This document shows, in pieces, positions 23,168-33,554 of a stretch of DNA of 64,000 nt. Origin of the DNA: Candidatus Planktophila sp. (lineage in GTDB: Bacteria; Actinomycetota; Actinomycetes; Nanopelagicales; Nanopelagicaceae). Each line of letters begins with the position of its first letter. The stretch's first letter is position 1. A program made the translations under genes and the position numbers. The notes below the pieces were generated by a model, which saw only the letters and a program-made list of their open reading frames with translations, made no database searches and was not told the origin of the DNA. The stretch is taken from NCBI GenBank assembly GCA_040402415.1, contig JBBAMS010000006.1:214-64213 (forward strand), in the 5' to 3' direction.

Positions 23168-23920
23168 TTAGGAAAGGCTCGCCAGAACTTCATCAGAGAC
23201 ATCAAAATTCGAGTATACATTCTGCACATCATCAAGTTCTTCTATAGCATCAATGAGTTCGAAGACTTTCTGAGCACCCTCTGCATCCAGTGGAATCTGC
23301 ATCGATGGCAAGAATGAAGAGTCAGCAGATTCGTAGTCAATACCAGCAGTTTGTAGCGCAGTTCGTGCCACCACCAAGTCACTTGCTTCGCAGACTACTT
23401 CAAAAGATTCACCCAGATCATTTACTTCCTCAACGCCAGCATCGAGTGCTGCTTCAAGAATTGAATCCTCAGTAGCGCCGATCGCCTTGTTAACGATGAT
23501 GACGCCTTTACGATTGAAGAGATAGGAGACTGAGCCAGGATCTGCCATCGTTCCACCATTACGAGTGACTGCAACGCGAACTTCAGATGCGGCGCGATTA
23601 CGATTATCTGAAAGACACTCGATCATGATTGCCACGCCATTGGGACCGTAACCCTCGTACATGATTGTTTGCCAATCAGAGCCACCAGATTCAAGTCCCG
23701 CACCACGCTTTACGGCCCGCTCAATATTATCTGCTGGCATTGAATTCTTCTTCGCTTTTGCAATTGCATCAAAGAGCGTTGGGTTTCCATCTACATCGGG
23801 TCCACCATTACGGGATGCAACTTCAATCGCCTTAATGAGCTTTGCAAAGTTCTTCGCACGGCGGCTATCGATGATAGCTTTCTTATGCTTAGTTGTTGCC
23901 CATTTGGAATGGCCTGACAT
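23168..23920 (-). CDS. yebC: YebC/PmpR family protein
   Basis: [36 protein letters not shown]. Confidence 0.97.
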   Translation of the reverse strand: MSGHSKWATTKHKKAIIDSRRAKNFAKLIKAIEVASRNGGPDVDGNPTLFDAIAKAKKNSMPADNIERAVKRGAGLESGGSDWQTIMYEGYGPNGVAIMIECLSDNRNRAASEVRVAVTRNGGTMADPGSVSYLFNRKGVIIVNKAIGATEDSILEAALDAGVEEVNDLGESFEVVCEASDLVVARTALQTAGIDYESADSSFLPSMQIPLDAEGAQKVFELIDAIEELDDVQNVYSNFDVSDEVLASLS

Positions 23921-23967
23921 TGGAACTCCTCAATCGACTAGCGCTGAAAAATTAATATAGTTGAACT

Positions 23968-24540
23968 TTATCGGCCTTTGCAGATCTCATCAAAAAAGTA
24001 GCTATGGACCACATGATCATCGGTCAATTCTGGGTGAAAACTCGTTGCCAGAAGATTCCCTTGCCGAACTGCAACAGGATGGCCGGCGGCTTTCGAGAGA
24101 ACCACTACCCCACTACCAACTTTCTCGACCCACGGGGCGCGGATAAAGACTGCGTGCAGGACCTTTCCATTGAAAGTGATATCTGATTCGAAGGAATCAA
24201 CTTGGCGACCAAACGCATTTCTGCGCACGGTCATATCAATTCCACCGAATGTTTGCTGTCCCTCGATCCCATCTTCAATCCGGTCAGCGAGCAAGATCAT
24301 TCCTGCACACGATCCATAGACAGGAAGGCCGGATGCAATGCGTTCGCGAATGGGTCCGAGTAAACCGAAAGATTCGGCCAACTTAATAATCGTTGTAGAT
24401 TCTCCACCTGGAAGAATAAGTGCATCTACCGCGCTGAGTTCGTCGACCGTTCGGACAGAGATACCTTCATGCCCGCATTGCGTAGCCAGGGCAAGATGTT
24501 CTCGGAAATCACCTTGTAGCGCTAGTACTCCAACTTTCAT
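23968..24540 (-). CDS. pdxT: PLP synthase glutaminase subunit
   Basis: GVLALQG, PGGEST, GSCAG, RNAFGRQ, FIRAP, SFHPEL. Confidence 0.98.
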   Translation of the reverse strand: MKVGVLALQGDFREHLALATQCGHEGISVRTVDELSAVDALILPGGESTTIIKLAESFGLLGPIRERIASGLPVYGSCAGMILLADRIEDGIEGQQTFGGIDMTVRRNAFGRQVDSFESDITFNGKVLHAVFIRAPWVEKVGSGVVVLSKAAGHPVAVRQGNLLATSFHPELTDDHVVHSYFFDEICKGR

Positions 24541-24565
24541 ATGCTCTTCGCAAATATATTACGAA

Positions 24566-25453
24566 TTACCAGCCGCGCTCAGCAAGGCGATGAGGCACAG
24601 GAATATCCGCAACGTTGATTCCCACCATTGCTTCACCCAATCCACGCGATACTTCAGCCAAGACGTTTGCATCATTGAAGAAAGTCGTTGCCTTCACACA
24701 TGCAGCAGCGCGCGCAGCCGGATTTCCAGATTTAAAAATTCCTGAACCAACAAAGACGCCGTCGGCGCCCATCTGCATCATCAAAGCCGCGTCCGCTGGA
24801 GTTGCAATGCCACCAGCTGTGAAGAGTACGACGGGAAGTTTTCCTGTCTCAGCAACTTCCTTCACAAGCGCATACGGCGCCTGCAGCTCCTTTGCTGCAA
24901 CGTAAAGCTCATCTTCGCGCATTGAAGTAAGGCGACGAATCTCGGCACCGATTGTGCGCATATGCATCATTGCATTAGAAACATCGCCAGTGCCGGCTTC
25001 ACCCTTTGAGCGGATCATTGCGGCACCTTCGTTAATACGACGAAGTGCCTCACCCAGATTTGTTGCACCACAGACGAAAGGAATCTTGAACTTCCACTTA
25101 TCAATATGGTTCGTGTAATCAGCTGGTGTGAGCACTTCGGATTCATCGATGTAATCAACATTGAGGGTCTCGAGGATTTGAGCTTCAACAAAGTGACCGA
25201 TGCGAACTTTTGCCATCACGGGAATTGACACAGCTGCTTGAATCTTTTGAATCATGTCGGGGTCTGACATGCGCGCTACCCCGCCTTGGGCACGAATATC
25301 AGCAGGTACGCGCTCGAGCGCCATCACTGCACATGCGCCCGCATCTTCTGCGATCTTTGCTTGCTCAACATTGACCACATCCATGATGGTGCCACCCTTG
25401 AGCATTTCAGCCATGCCGCGCTTTACTCGGGCGGTGCCAGTAGCTTCAGACAT
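24566..25453 (-). CDS. pdxS: PLP synthase lyase subunit
   Basis: [42 protein letters not shown]. Confidence 0.99.
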   Translation of the reverse strand: MSEATGTARVKRGMAEMLKGGTIMDVVNVEQAKIAEDAGACAVMALERVPADIRAQGGVARMSDPDMIQKIQAAVSIPVMAKVRIGHFVEAQILETLNVDYIDESEVLTPADYTNHIDKWKFKIPFVCGATNLGEALRRINEGAAMIRSKGEAGTGDVSNAMMHMRTIGAEIRRLTSMREDELYVAAKELQAPYALVKEVAETGKLPVVLFTAGGIATPADAALMMQMGADGVFVGSGIFKSGNPAARAAACVKATTFFNDANVLAEVSRGLGEAMVGINVADIPVPHRLAERGW

Positions 25454-25507
25454 TTTTTAACTCCCTAGAAGAATCCACTATGAGGACTGTAACGTTGACT
25501 TCCAAGT

Positions 25508-26557
25508 CTACTTTGCCTTCGGCGTTGGCGCATCCGCAGGAACTGCTGTGAAAACAGGAGCCTTATCTGTGAGTGCTACCCAAATCTGGCCCTTCGCAAA
25601 GGCGATCTCATTCCCATCCATGGTCCTCCATGTTGTACCCGATGCAGCATCTGGCCTAGACCACGTTGCTGCAAAGTACTTGCCATCACGCAAGATATAT
25701 CCAGAACCATTGCCGACTGTTACAGATAGTGGCGTGACTCCCCCAATTTTATCTTTATAGATCGAATCTATGATTGAAACCGTTTGAACAACCAAAGTCT
25801 TTGGTCCTAAATTCACTCCACTTGCCGCAAGATCTGGCGACTTCGAATGAGCTAATAACCAACGTTTTTCTTTTACTGACCAAAATGCGTCATATGAATT
25901 GGCTGGCCATGAGAGGTGCACTGCCCTTATTGGTACTCCACCTGCCGGCGCGTCTCCAAAACTCCAACCCATATTTTTTGACGTATCTATCCTGAGTTTT
26001 CTATCGCTCACAAATTGCATGAGCAAATCAGCACGCAAAACCATTGCATATGGCGAGGTACGTGTTGTGTCATTTGTGTAAATACTCGCCGAATGATTCT
26101 CCGCCCCAAGGTCTTGAAGGTTGGCAGAATTGATTACTGGACGCATCTTCTTTTGTACTCCACTGAAAGCAAAGCCAACATGTCCATACTGCGCAAAGAG
26201 TTCGATATCTGAGATGCGTGCTGATCTGACTGGGCCAACCTGCTGCGGAATGTGCGAGGAGAACACTGCAGCAAGGCGAGTGAGGCCACCCTCTACCTCT
26301 TCGATGTAAACGATATCTGCATCCTCCAGCCCTATTTGAGGATGAGCCTCTCGTGTATCGTCAATCTTCACTACCAATACAGGTCCATCACCCCCGGGTA
26401 ACCCACTAATCGAGTTTGAGGCAGAGCTATTTTCAAAGGGGGCAGTTTTTAAGACAGATGAATTGTGAGAAAAGAGTGCCAATACAGTGATTGAGACAGA
26501 ACCAATTGCGGCAACTGTGACTGCAAAGCGCTTAAAGAACATCGCCTTCGAATTCAT
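25508..26557 (-). CDS. DUF3048 domain secreted or membrane-anchored protein
   Basis: N-terminal TM; VVKIDD..EAHPQIGL..ADIVYIEEVEGGLTRL, GPVRSAR, GQIWV. Confidence 0.85.
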   Translation of the reverse strand: MNSKAMFFKRFAVTVAAIGSVSITVLALFSHNSSVLKTAPFENSSASNSISGLPGGDGPVLVVKIDDTREAHPQIGLEDADIVYIEEVEGGLTRLAAVFSSHIPQQVGPVRSARISDIELFAQYGHVGFAFSGVQKKMRPVINSANLQDLGAENHSASIYTNDTTRTSPYAMVLRADLLMQFVSDRKLRIDTSKNMGWSFGDAPAGGVPIRAVHLSWPANSYDAFWSVKEKRWLLAHSKSPDLAASGVNLGPKTLVVQTVSIIDSIYKDKIGGVTPLSVTVGNGSGYILRDGKYFAATWSRPDAASGTTWRTMDGNEIAFAKGQIWVALTDKAPVFTAVPADAPTPKAK

Positions 26558-27032
26558 ATGTCACAGGTTCGGGGGCAGTACCAGCAAGCCGGAAGATTCG
26601 ATTGATCCATTTCTTACGGACCAGTTGTGTGCGTGTAACTGCATCAACGTGCATCGCCACTGCCATCTTGATTTTTTCGGTGAGTTCACGAAGCTCGCGA
26701 ATCAGATCTTTTTCAATTTCACCCGATATGTCAGCTGCAGTCTCGAGCAAAATACCGAGAGCGCCCGAAAGACCAGTCTCAGCTTGTGAACGATCGCGAA
26801 CACTTGCCTCTCGAGCTTGATGCGCCGCAAATGTGAGAAGCATTGCCGATGCGGGATCTGATATTTCTGAACGGGCCATCTCGATAGCGATAGCAGCTCG
26901 TCTCTGAAGTAGACCATCCAGATTCGCCCAGCTTGTTTCTACACGATGGTGCAAACGATCAAGTCTCGTTGCAGAATATGAGAGGTACCACGCTGCAAGT
27001 GCGAGGGCAAAGAGAGCGATGATGAACTTCAT
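26532..27032 (-). CDS. Conserved actinobacterial membrane-anchored helical protein (LemA-like)
   Basis: N-terminal TM then ATRLDRLHHRV...LQRRA...FRLAGTAPEP; conserved position downstream of pimA. Confidence 0.65.
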   Translation of the reverse strand: MKFIIALFALALAAWYLSYSATRLDRLHHRVETSWANLDGLLQRRAAIAIEMARSEISDPASAMLLTFAAHQAREASVRDRSQAETGLSGALGILLETAADISGEIEKDLIRELRELTEKIKMAVAMHVDAVTRTQLVRKKWINRIFRLAGTAPEPVTYEFEGDVL

Positions 27033-28207
27033 TGGCTCTGCCTTCCGAGCAACTTATTCCATGCACGGTTTTCGGAAGAGAGCGTTACGCCATTTCCTCC
27101 GACCATTGCCATCTGATACACATCGTAAATTTTATCGGCTACAACATCCCAATCGAATGCTTGAGCATAGATCTTGCCTCGCTGAGCAATTTCTTTACGG
27201 GCGGCGGAATCCTTAAGAAGTGCAACTACTTTTACAGCAAGGTCTTGAGGATTCTCGGACTCAAAGAGTGTTCCATATTCACCATGACCTAAGAGGGAAT
27301 CGAATGCTGGGATATCACTCGCTACAACAGAGGCACCAGCTGCGAGTGCTTCAGCAAGGATAATTCCAAAGGATTCTCCGCCGGTATTGGGCGCGATATA
27401 AAGCCCCACTGATGCCAGGAAGTTTGCCTTCTCTTCTTCGCTGATCCGCCCGATAAATGTGAACCGACTTCGAAGTGATGGTTGTATATCTTTGAGAGTA
27501 TCTTCACTGTCGCCAGGACCTGCAACGAAGATTTTAATATCTGGAATCTCAATAATAATTGTGGGCAGTGCATTAATTAATACAGACAGGCCTTTACGCG
27601 GTTCCTCGAAACGACCAATAAATCCGATGGTATTTCCAGTCCAGCGTTCATCTAGCTTTCCATCACGATAGAGCGATGCGTAAATTCCATTTGGTACGAC
27701 TATGGCATCAGTATCAAGGTGCTCGGTCAACGTTTCACGTGCGGCTTCACTTACTGCAATTCGTGCATTGAGCTTCTCGATAACAGGTTCGAGAAATGGA
27801 ACAACAGCAAATGAAACTTTCTGACGTTTCGCTGCAGCGTGAAAGGTCCCTACGAGTGGACCTTCAGCAGCCCAGCAGGCAAGGAGTGAAATTGATGGAA
27901 TCGCAGGCTCGTGCAGATGTAACACATCAAAATCACCTTGTGAAATCCAATGGCGAACTCTCGAAAATGCAATAGGTCCGAAGAGGACACGGGCGACTGC
28001 ACCGTTGTAGGGAATTGATATCGGCCTACCAGCGCTGGTGACATATGAAGGGAGAGTCTCATCGTCAATGGCAGGTGCCAGTACGGAAACATAATGTCCT
28101 TCGCCTATTAAATATTCTGCGAGATCGCGAACGTGGCTCTGAACTCCCCCGGGTGTATCCCATCCATATGGACAGACAATTCCAATCCTCTTCTTAGATA
28201 AGGGCAT
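27029..28207 (-). CDS. pimA: GT4 glycosyltransferase, phosphatidyl-myo-inositol alpha-mannosyltransferase
   Basis: IGIVCPY..PGGVQSHV, HLHEP, GRFEEPRKG, GESFGIILAEA; pgsA-patA-pimA order. Confidence 0.92.
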   Translation of the reverse strand: MPLSKKRIGIVCPYGWDTPGGVQSHVRDLAEYLIGEGHYVSVLAPAIDDETLPSYVTSAGRPISIPYNGAVARVLFGPIAFSRVRHWISQGDFDVLHLHEPAIPSISLLACWAAEGPLVGTFHAAAKRQKVSFAVVPFLEPVIEKLNARIAVSEAARETLTEHLDTDAIVVPNGIYASLYRDGKLDERWTGNTIGFIGRFEEPRKGLSVLINALPTIIIEIPDIKIFVAGPGDSEDTLKDIQPSLRSRFTFIGRISEEEKANFLASVGLYIAPNTGGESFGIILAEALAAGASVVASDIPAFDSLLGHGEYGTLFESENPQDLAVKVVALLKDSAARKEIAQRGKIYAQAFDWDVVADKIYDVYQMAMVGGNGVTLSSENRAWNKLLGRQSQ

Positions 28208-29106
28208 CAGACCATCGACTTTTCAGAACGATCAACGAAGTCTCCATCAATCCAGATGCGCTGCAACATATGCCAATCTTGCGGGGTTCTAGAAATTCCC
28301 TTTTCAAAGAGATTGGCCATGTTCTGGACACACTTCTGAATGCGCTCTTCATCTGTGCCCGCAGTTGGAACAACTACTGATTCAAAAGCAACATGAATCC
28401 CTGTATCAGTGTATGAAACATGGGCTGCAACTATTCCAATTCCAGTCTTGAGATTCAGTACCGCGGGCCCTGCAGGCATCCGGGCCGGGAAATTAAAGAA
28501 GTTCACATCAATTCCTGATTGCGACAAGTCGCGATCAGCCACAAGGGCTATCAATCTCTTCTCACGTGCACGCTTTACCAGCGTTGCAAAGGAGCGATTA
28601 TCAAGTGAGAGAACTTCAAACCCCATAGCCTCGCGGTGCTGCAAGAACTTTTGAAAGAGCGCCTCTGGCTTCAACCGTTCGGCAACGGTCACCAATGGAA
28701 TACCTAAAGAGCAGAAGTAGGCACCTGCATGATCCCAATTCCCAGAATGCGGCAGAGCAATCACCACACCTTCCCCGTTTTTTATCGGGTCAATCAGAAG
28801 GTTTTCATTGGTCGTCGTGACAGTGCTCTGGATTCTCTCAATAGACCATTTTTGGATTCTAAAGGTGTCACACCAATAGCGCATATAGGAGCGCATTGCA
28901 GAATGAACCAATGTATCCAAATCGTTCGATGATAAATCAGGCTTTACTCTCGCCAAGTTGGAACGAAGTCGTTGAACACTCTTCACATTACGTTTATAGA
29001 TAAAGTCTGCAATCTTGGTAAATAATCCATATGCAGAGGACTCTGGCAAGGTGCGAACAATCCACCAGCCTGACATATAAGCCAGAAATGAAAGTTTCTC
29101 AATCAC
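28207..29106 (-). CDS. patA: Phosphatidylinositol mannoside acyltransferase
   Basis: RSYMRYWCDTFR, LPHSGNWD, LVADRDL, PQDWHMLQRIW. Confidence 0.92.
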   Translation of the reverse strand: MIEKLSFLAYMSGWWIVRTLPESSAYGLFTKIADFIYKRNVKSVQRLRSNLARVKPDLSSNDLDTLVHSAMRSYMRYWCDTFRIQKWSIERIQSTVTTTNENLLIDPIKNGEGVVIALPHSGNWDHAGAYFCSLGIPLVTVAERLKPEALFQKFLQHREAMGFEVLSLDNRSFATLVKRAREKRLIALVADRDLSQSGIDVNFFNFPARMPAGPAVLNLKTGIGIVAAHVSYTDTGIHVAFESVVVPTAGTDEERIQKCVQNMANLFEKGISRTPQDWHMLQRIWIDGDFVDRSEKSMV

Positions 29107-29705
29107 TGCTTACTCAATCCCACATAGACAGTGCGCATGCGCTGGAAAACTGTGATTACTCCCAGAATTGCGAGAATCCAAAATCCAATTGCGAGAGCAA
29201 AGGGAACGCCCAACCCCTCTAACGCGACTGCAGTCAAAATAATGATGAGTCGCTCAGTTCGTTCGGCTACTCCGACTGAACACGGAATCGAGAAACTCTC
29301 AGCTTTGGCTCTTATATAGGGAATCAAAAGTCCTGTCACCAAGGTAATTAAACCAAGATAGGAAAGCTTATCATCGTTGCGAATAAGTGGAACCAGGATT
29401 GCAATGGTGATAGCAAAGTCTGTGATGCGATCGACCGTACTGTCAAGAAAACCGCCCCATCGACTAGCACCTTGCTCTGATAGTCGAGCGATTGCACCAT
29501 CGAACAGGTCGCTCAGAGCAAAGAGAGAAACCACAGCCGAACCTAAAAAATATGATTCTCGAGTGAAGAAATAGCCAGAGGAAATTACAACTCCTAATAC
29601 GCCGAAGACGGTAACTCCGTTTGGGGTGATGCCCACACGAATGGCTAAGCGAGCCACTGGATTAATTAATCGAGTGACTGCTGGCTTGAGTGCGCTACTA
29701 ATCAT
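29103..29705 (-). CDS. pgsA: Phosphatidylinositol phosphate synthase (CDP-alcohol phosphotransferase)
   Basis: TPNGVT, DLFDGAIAR..GGFLDSTVDRITD, YIRAKAE, ERTER. Start ATG 29705 (TACGAT 7 nt upstream). Confidence 0.92.
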   Translation of the reverse strand: MISSALKPAVTRLINPVARLAIRVGITPNGVTVFGVLGVVISSGYFFTRESYFLGSAVVSLFALSDLFDGAIARLSEQGASRWGGFLDSTVDRITDFAITIAILVPLIRNDDKLSYLGLITLVTGLLIPYIRAKAESFSIPCSVGVAERTERLIIILTAVALEGLGVPFALAIGFWILAILGVITVFQRMRTVYVGLSKQ

Positions 29706-29729
29706 CGGCACCATCGTAGGCTTACTCTC

Positions 29730-30326
29730 ATGTCTTCTCCTAGTTCCGTGGCGGCCAAACGCATCCATGTGTACGGCCATGTGAGCGCCTCCCCCAAGGC
29801 GGTAGCATCCCTATTTGGCGCCCAGCTAGCCATTTCTCTAGAAAGCGAATCAGACCTTGCGATCTTTGCAATCAATCCATCGGCAGGAATTGATAATGAG
29901 ACAATAAATTGCTGGCACGCGCTCGATGAATTTCAAATCCCGCGTTTAGTCGTCGTTAACGGACTCGATGGACATGAGATGGATTTCGAAGATGCAGTCA
30001 TGGTTGCAACGCGCGTCTTTGATCAACTCGTCACTCCCTACTTGGTATTACACGATGACACCGGTGAACCTGCAGCACTAATTCGATTGCAAGATTTGCA
30101 GATACTCGATTACTCAACGAACCCGGCCACCCTGCGCAAGAGCGACGCTGAACATGAAGAATTGGTACGCGAATTTCGCGATGAATATCTTGAGATGATG
30201 ACTGAAATGGAAGATGGCGCATTCGCTGCAGGAATTATTTTTCCTGCAATTCCAATCAATCTAGTAAAAGGAATTGGGATAGATATCGTGCAAGGGTTTA
30301 TTGACTCACTACCAAGCGGCAGCTAA
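29730..30326 (+). CDS. Hypothetical protein; degenerate stand-alone G domain derived from EF-G2 (FusA2)
   Basis: DLAIFAINPSAGID..T..CW..LDEFQIPRLVVVNGLD...DFED resembles the EF-G G-domain core; located where actinobacterial EF-G2 lies (divergent from pgsA). Confidence 0.6.
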   Translation: MSSPSSVAAKRIHVYGHVSASPKAVASLFGAQLAISLESESDLAIFAINPSAGIDNETINCWHALDEFQIPRLVVVNGLDGHEMDFEDAVMVATRVFDQLVTPYLVLHDDTGEPAALIRLQDLQILDYSTNPATLRKSDAEHEELVREFRDEYLEMMTEMEDGAFAAGIIFPAIPINLVKGIGIDIVQGFIDSLPSGS

Positions 30327-30833
30327 CTCTTCTCGCGTCATTGTCAGAAGTTGTGGCATAACCTTTGTCTTACCAATAATCGGCATGAAGTTCGCATCCC
30401 CAGACCAGCGAGGCACGATATGTTGGTGAATATGATCGGCAACCCCAGCACCTGATATTGCTCCTTGATTCATTCCTAGGTTGAAGCCATCGGCGTTAGA
30501 AACTTTCCGAATTACCTTCATTGCGTGCGCGCTCATATCAGTAATTTCATATCGCTCTACTTCAGTTAAATCAGTCAGGTCTGCTACATGGCGGTAAGCA
30601 CATACGAGCAGATGCCCTGGGTTATACGGATAGAGATTCATTACGACAAAAGCACTCTTGCCGCGTGCGACAACCAACCCTTCTTCATCAGTAAGAGATG
30701 GAATACGACAGAACGGACATTGCACATCGTTGCCATCGAGCGGACGGTTCTCGCCACGCAAATAATCCAGACGGTGCGGCGCCCATAAACGTTGCCACCC
30801 ATCTGGCATACCTGCTCCAACTATCTGGGACAT
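30309..30833 (-). CDS. HIT-family protein (Ap4A phosphorylase-like, Rv2613c type)
   Basis: RLWAPHRLDY, CPFC, NLYPYNPGHL, GFNLGMNQG, HIHQHIVPRW; follows thrS. Confidence 0.9.
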   Translation of the reverse strand: MSQIVGAGMPDGWQRLWAPHRLDYLRGENRPLDGNDVQCPFCRIPSLTDEEGLVVARGKSAFVVMNLYPYNPGHLLVCAYRHVADLTDLTEVERYEITDMSAHAMKVIRKVSNADGFNLGMNQGAISGAGVADHIHQHIVPRWSGDANFMPIIGKTKVMPQLLTMTREELAAAW

Positions 30834-30835
30834 TG

Positions 30836-32824
30836 CTACACCTGAGTTCGATCTGCAACAGTCTTTGTAATCTCAGCAACCGCCTCAGCGATCGGGATTC
30901 CATTCTTCTGTTCGCCGTTGCGATAGCGGAATGAGACAGCCCCAGCGTTCATATCCTCTTCGCCAGCGATAACCATAAATGGGATCTTCTGCATCTGTGC
31001 ATTACGAACCTTCTTCTGCATACGATCATCAGAGAAATCCATCTCAGCACGAATTCCAGCAGATTTCATCGTCTTGATTACTCCGCTCAAGTACTCAGAG
31101 AATGTATCTGCAACAGGAATTCCAACTACTTGTACTGGGGCAAGCCATGGTGGAAATGCACCTGAATAGTGCTCGGTGAGAACTCCAAAGAATCGTTCAA
31201 TAGATCCGAAGAGCGCACGGTGAATCATTACTGGGCGTAGACGAGATCCATCGGCTGCCGCGTATTCAAGTTCGAATCGTTGCGGAAGTTGGAAATCAAC
31301 TTGAATCGTTGACATCTGCCATGTACGACCAATTGCATCCCTCGCTTGCACTGAAATCTTGGGACCATAGAAGGCTGCTCCACCTTCATCGAGAATGAGT
31401 TCTAGGTTCTGTGCAACTGCTGCTTTGCGCAACGCTTCCGTTGCTTCAATCCAATCCGCATCTTCTCCTACAGATTTCTCTGGGTTACGTGTGGAAAGTT
31501 CGAGGTAGAAATCCGCTAGACCGTAATCGCGCAATAGATTGAGCACGAATGTGAGTAGCGAGTCAAGTTCAGCTGCCATCTGCTCTTTTGTGCAATAAAT
31601 ATGTGCATCATCTTGAGTGAATCCACGAGCACGAGTAATTCCGTGAAGCACGCCAGATTTCTCGTAGCGATAGACAGTTCCAAATTCAAAGAGTCGCAGT
31701 GGTAGTTCGCGATAAGAACGCTGGCGTGCCTGGAAAATCAGGTTGTGGAATGGGCAGTTCATCGGCTTCATGTAGTACTGCTGGCCGGCACGCTTAATGG
31801 TTCCATCAGCGTGGAGCTCTTCATCCAAGATCATCGGTGGATACATTCCTTCTGAATACCAATCCAAGTGACCAGACTTTTGAAAGAGCGCAGCCTTTGT
31901 TAAATGTGGTGAATAAACAAATTCATAACCTTCTTCTTCATGGCGCAACCGCGAATAATCTTCCATCGCGCGGCGGATGATTCCACCCTTGGGATGAAAG
32001 ACTGCAAGCCCTGAACCAATCTCCTCAGGAAATGAGAAGAGATCTAACTCTTGACCTAGACGACGATGATCGCGCTTTTCGGCCTCAGCGAGAAGTTCTA
32101 GGTAACCATTAAGCTCGTCCTGAGAAGGCCAGGCAGTTCCATAGATACGTTGCAACATTGGGTTCTTTTCAGAACCGCGCCAATAGGCGGCTGCGCTGCG
32201 CATCAATTTAAATGCAGGAATGTGCTTTGTTGATGGAAGATGCGGCCCGCGACAGAGATCAGACCAGACAGGTTGGCCATCACGACCTAAATTGTCGTAA
32301 ATGGTTAATTCTGCGCCACCGACTTCAACATTGGTCTCATCACTTCCGCCACCCTTAATACCGATGAGTTCGCACTTATACGGCTCGTGCGCCAACTCTT
32401 TGAGCGCATCTGCCTCAGCGATAACACGTCGCTTAAAGCGTTGCCCCTCCTTAACGATCTTGCGCATCGCGCTTTCAATCTTTTCAAGGTCATCAGGATT
32501 AAAAGGAGTCTCAGGATCGAAGTCGTAGTAGAACCCATCGGTAATCGGTGGCCCTATTCCTAATTGAGTGTTGGCAAATACTTGTTGAACTGCTTGTGCC
32601 ATGACGTGAGCTGTTGAGTGGCGCAGAACAGCGAGCCCTTCGGGAGATGAAATTGACACTCCATGAACGACATCGCCTTCTGCAAGATCAGTCCATAAAT
32701 CTCTGAGGGTTCCATTGATAGTGCAGACAACAATCTCTTTATTATCTGCAAAGAGCTGAGTGGGGCGTTGATCTGATTCGACGCTGCGGGCAGCGCCATC
32801 GACGATAATCGAGATCAATGACAT
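30836..32824 (-). CDS. thrS: Threonine--tRNA ligase
   Basis: [54 protein letters not shown]. Confidence 0.99.
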   Translation of the reverse strand: MSLISIIVDGAARSVESDQRPTQLFADNKEIVVCTINGTLRDLWTDLAEGDVVHGVSISSPEGLAVLRHSTAHVMAQAVQQVFANTQLGIGPPITDGFYYDFDPETPFNPDDLEKIESAMRKIVKEGQRFKRRVIAEADALKELAHEPYKCELIGIKGGGSDETNVEVGGAELTIYDNLGRDGQPVWSDLCRGPHLPSTKHIPAFKLMRSAAAYWRGSEKNPMLQRIYGTAWPSQDELNGYLELLAEAEKRDHRRLGQELDLFSFPEEIGSGLAVFHPKGGIIRRAMEDYSRLRHEEEGYEFVYSPHLTKAALFQKSGHLDWYSEGMYPPMILDEELHADGTIKRAGQQYYMKPMNCPFHNLIFQARQRSYRELPLRLFEFGTVYRYEKSGVLHGITRARGFTQDDAHIYCTKEQMAAELDSLLTFVLNLLRDYGLADFYLELSTRNPEKSVGEDADWIEATEALRKAAVAQNLELILDEGGAAFYGPKISVQARDAIGRTWQMSTIQVDFQLPQRFELEYAAADGSRLRPVMIHRALFGSIERFFGVLTEHYSGAFPPWLAPVQVVGIPVADTFSEYLSGVIKTMKSAGIRAEMDFSDDRMQKKVRNAQMQKIPFMVIAGEEDMNAGAVSFRYRNGEQKNGIPIAEAVAEITKTVADRTQV

Positions 32825-32828
32825 GCCC

Positions 32829-33554
32829 CTAGCCTACCGAAACAGGTTGCGAGTGGGCCCGTATTTGCACTTCTAAGTCGCGTGAAGCATCTCCCAACTT
32901 CAATTTCATATCCCCGATATGTGAAACTGGCTGCGCAATCCGCAAACTCGAGAGCATTAATGCCGACTCCACCTCTGGGATTTCGGAGACATGGATGTTG
33001 CGCACCTTGACCGCACATTCTTCAATAGCAACTGCTCTTACAACACCAGGGAGAATCCCTGCAGTAATTGGTGGAGTTACCCATTCTCTCGATATCAGCA
33101 TCACTAAGTTTGCAGTTGCTGTCTCTGTGATCTCATTCTTCTCATTGAAGAGAACTGACTCGTGGAAACCTTCATCATTAGCTGCCTTAATGAGGGCGAA
33201 GCGATCGTCATAAGGAAAAGTCTTGTGTATGGAGCCAATGACTGTCTGACTATAGAAATTGAGCTTGGCTGGCTCACTCTGTTCTGAATATGGATCATGG
33301 GTAATGTGAAATAGTTTCTGACCAAAGCAGATACGCATCCGGCCTACGGGATGTGGATTCTCTCTCAGAGCTCGCACCATTTCAGTGCGGATGAATTCCT
33401 CACTTGGAATAGAAATCCCCAGAGCTGATGCCGATTCCAGAGCACGTCTCATATGGCGACCAAGTGCAATCGGTGCGCCTCCCACAGTCTTTATCGTCTC
33501 GAATATCCCTGATGATTTAGGAAAACCATGTGCATCGAATTCAAGCACGCTCAC
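32829..33554 (-). CDS. Aminotransferase class IV (4-amino-4-deoxychorismate lyase-like)
   Basis: GIFETIK, RHMRR, HKT (PLP Lys), [16 protein letters not shown]; GTGA overlap with the upstream chorismate-binding gene. Confidence 0.8.
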   Translation of the reverse strand: MSVLEFDAHGFPKSSGIFETIKTVGGAPIALGRHMRRALESASALGISIPSEEFIRTEMVRALRENPHPVGRMRICFGQKLFHITHDPYSEQSEPAKLNFYSQTVIGSIHKTFPYDDRFALIKAANDEGFHESVLFNEKNEITETATANLVMLISREWVTPPITAGILPGVVRAVAIEECAVKVRNIHVSEIPEVESALMLSSLRIAQPVSHIGDMKLKLGDASRDLEVQIRAHSQPVSVG

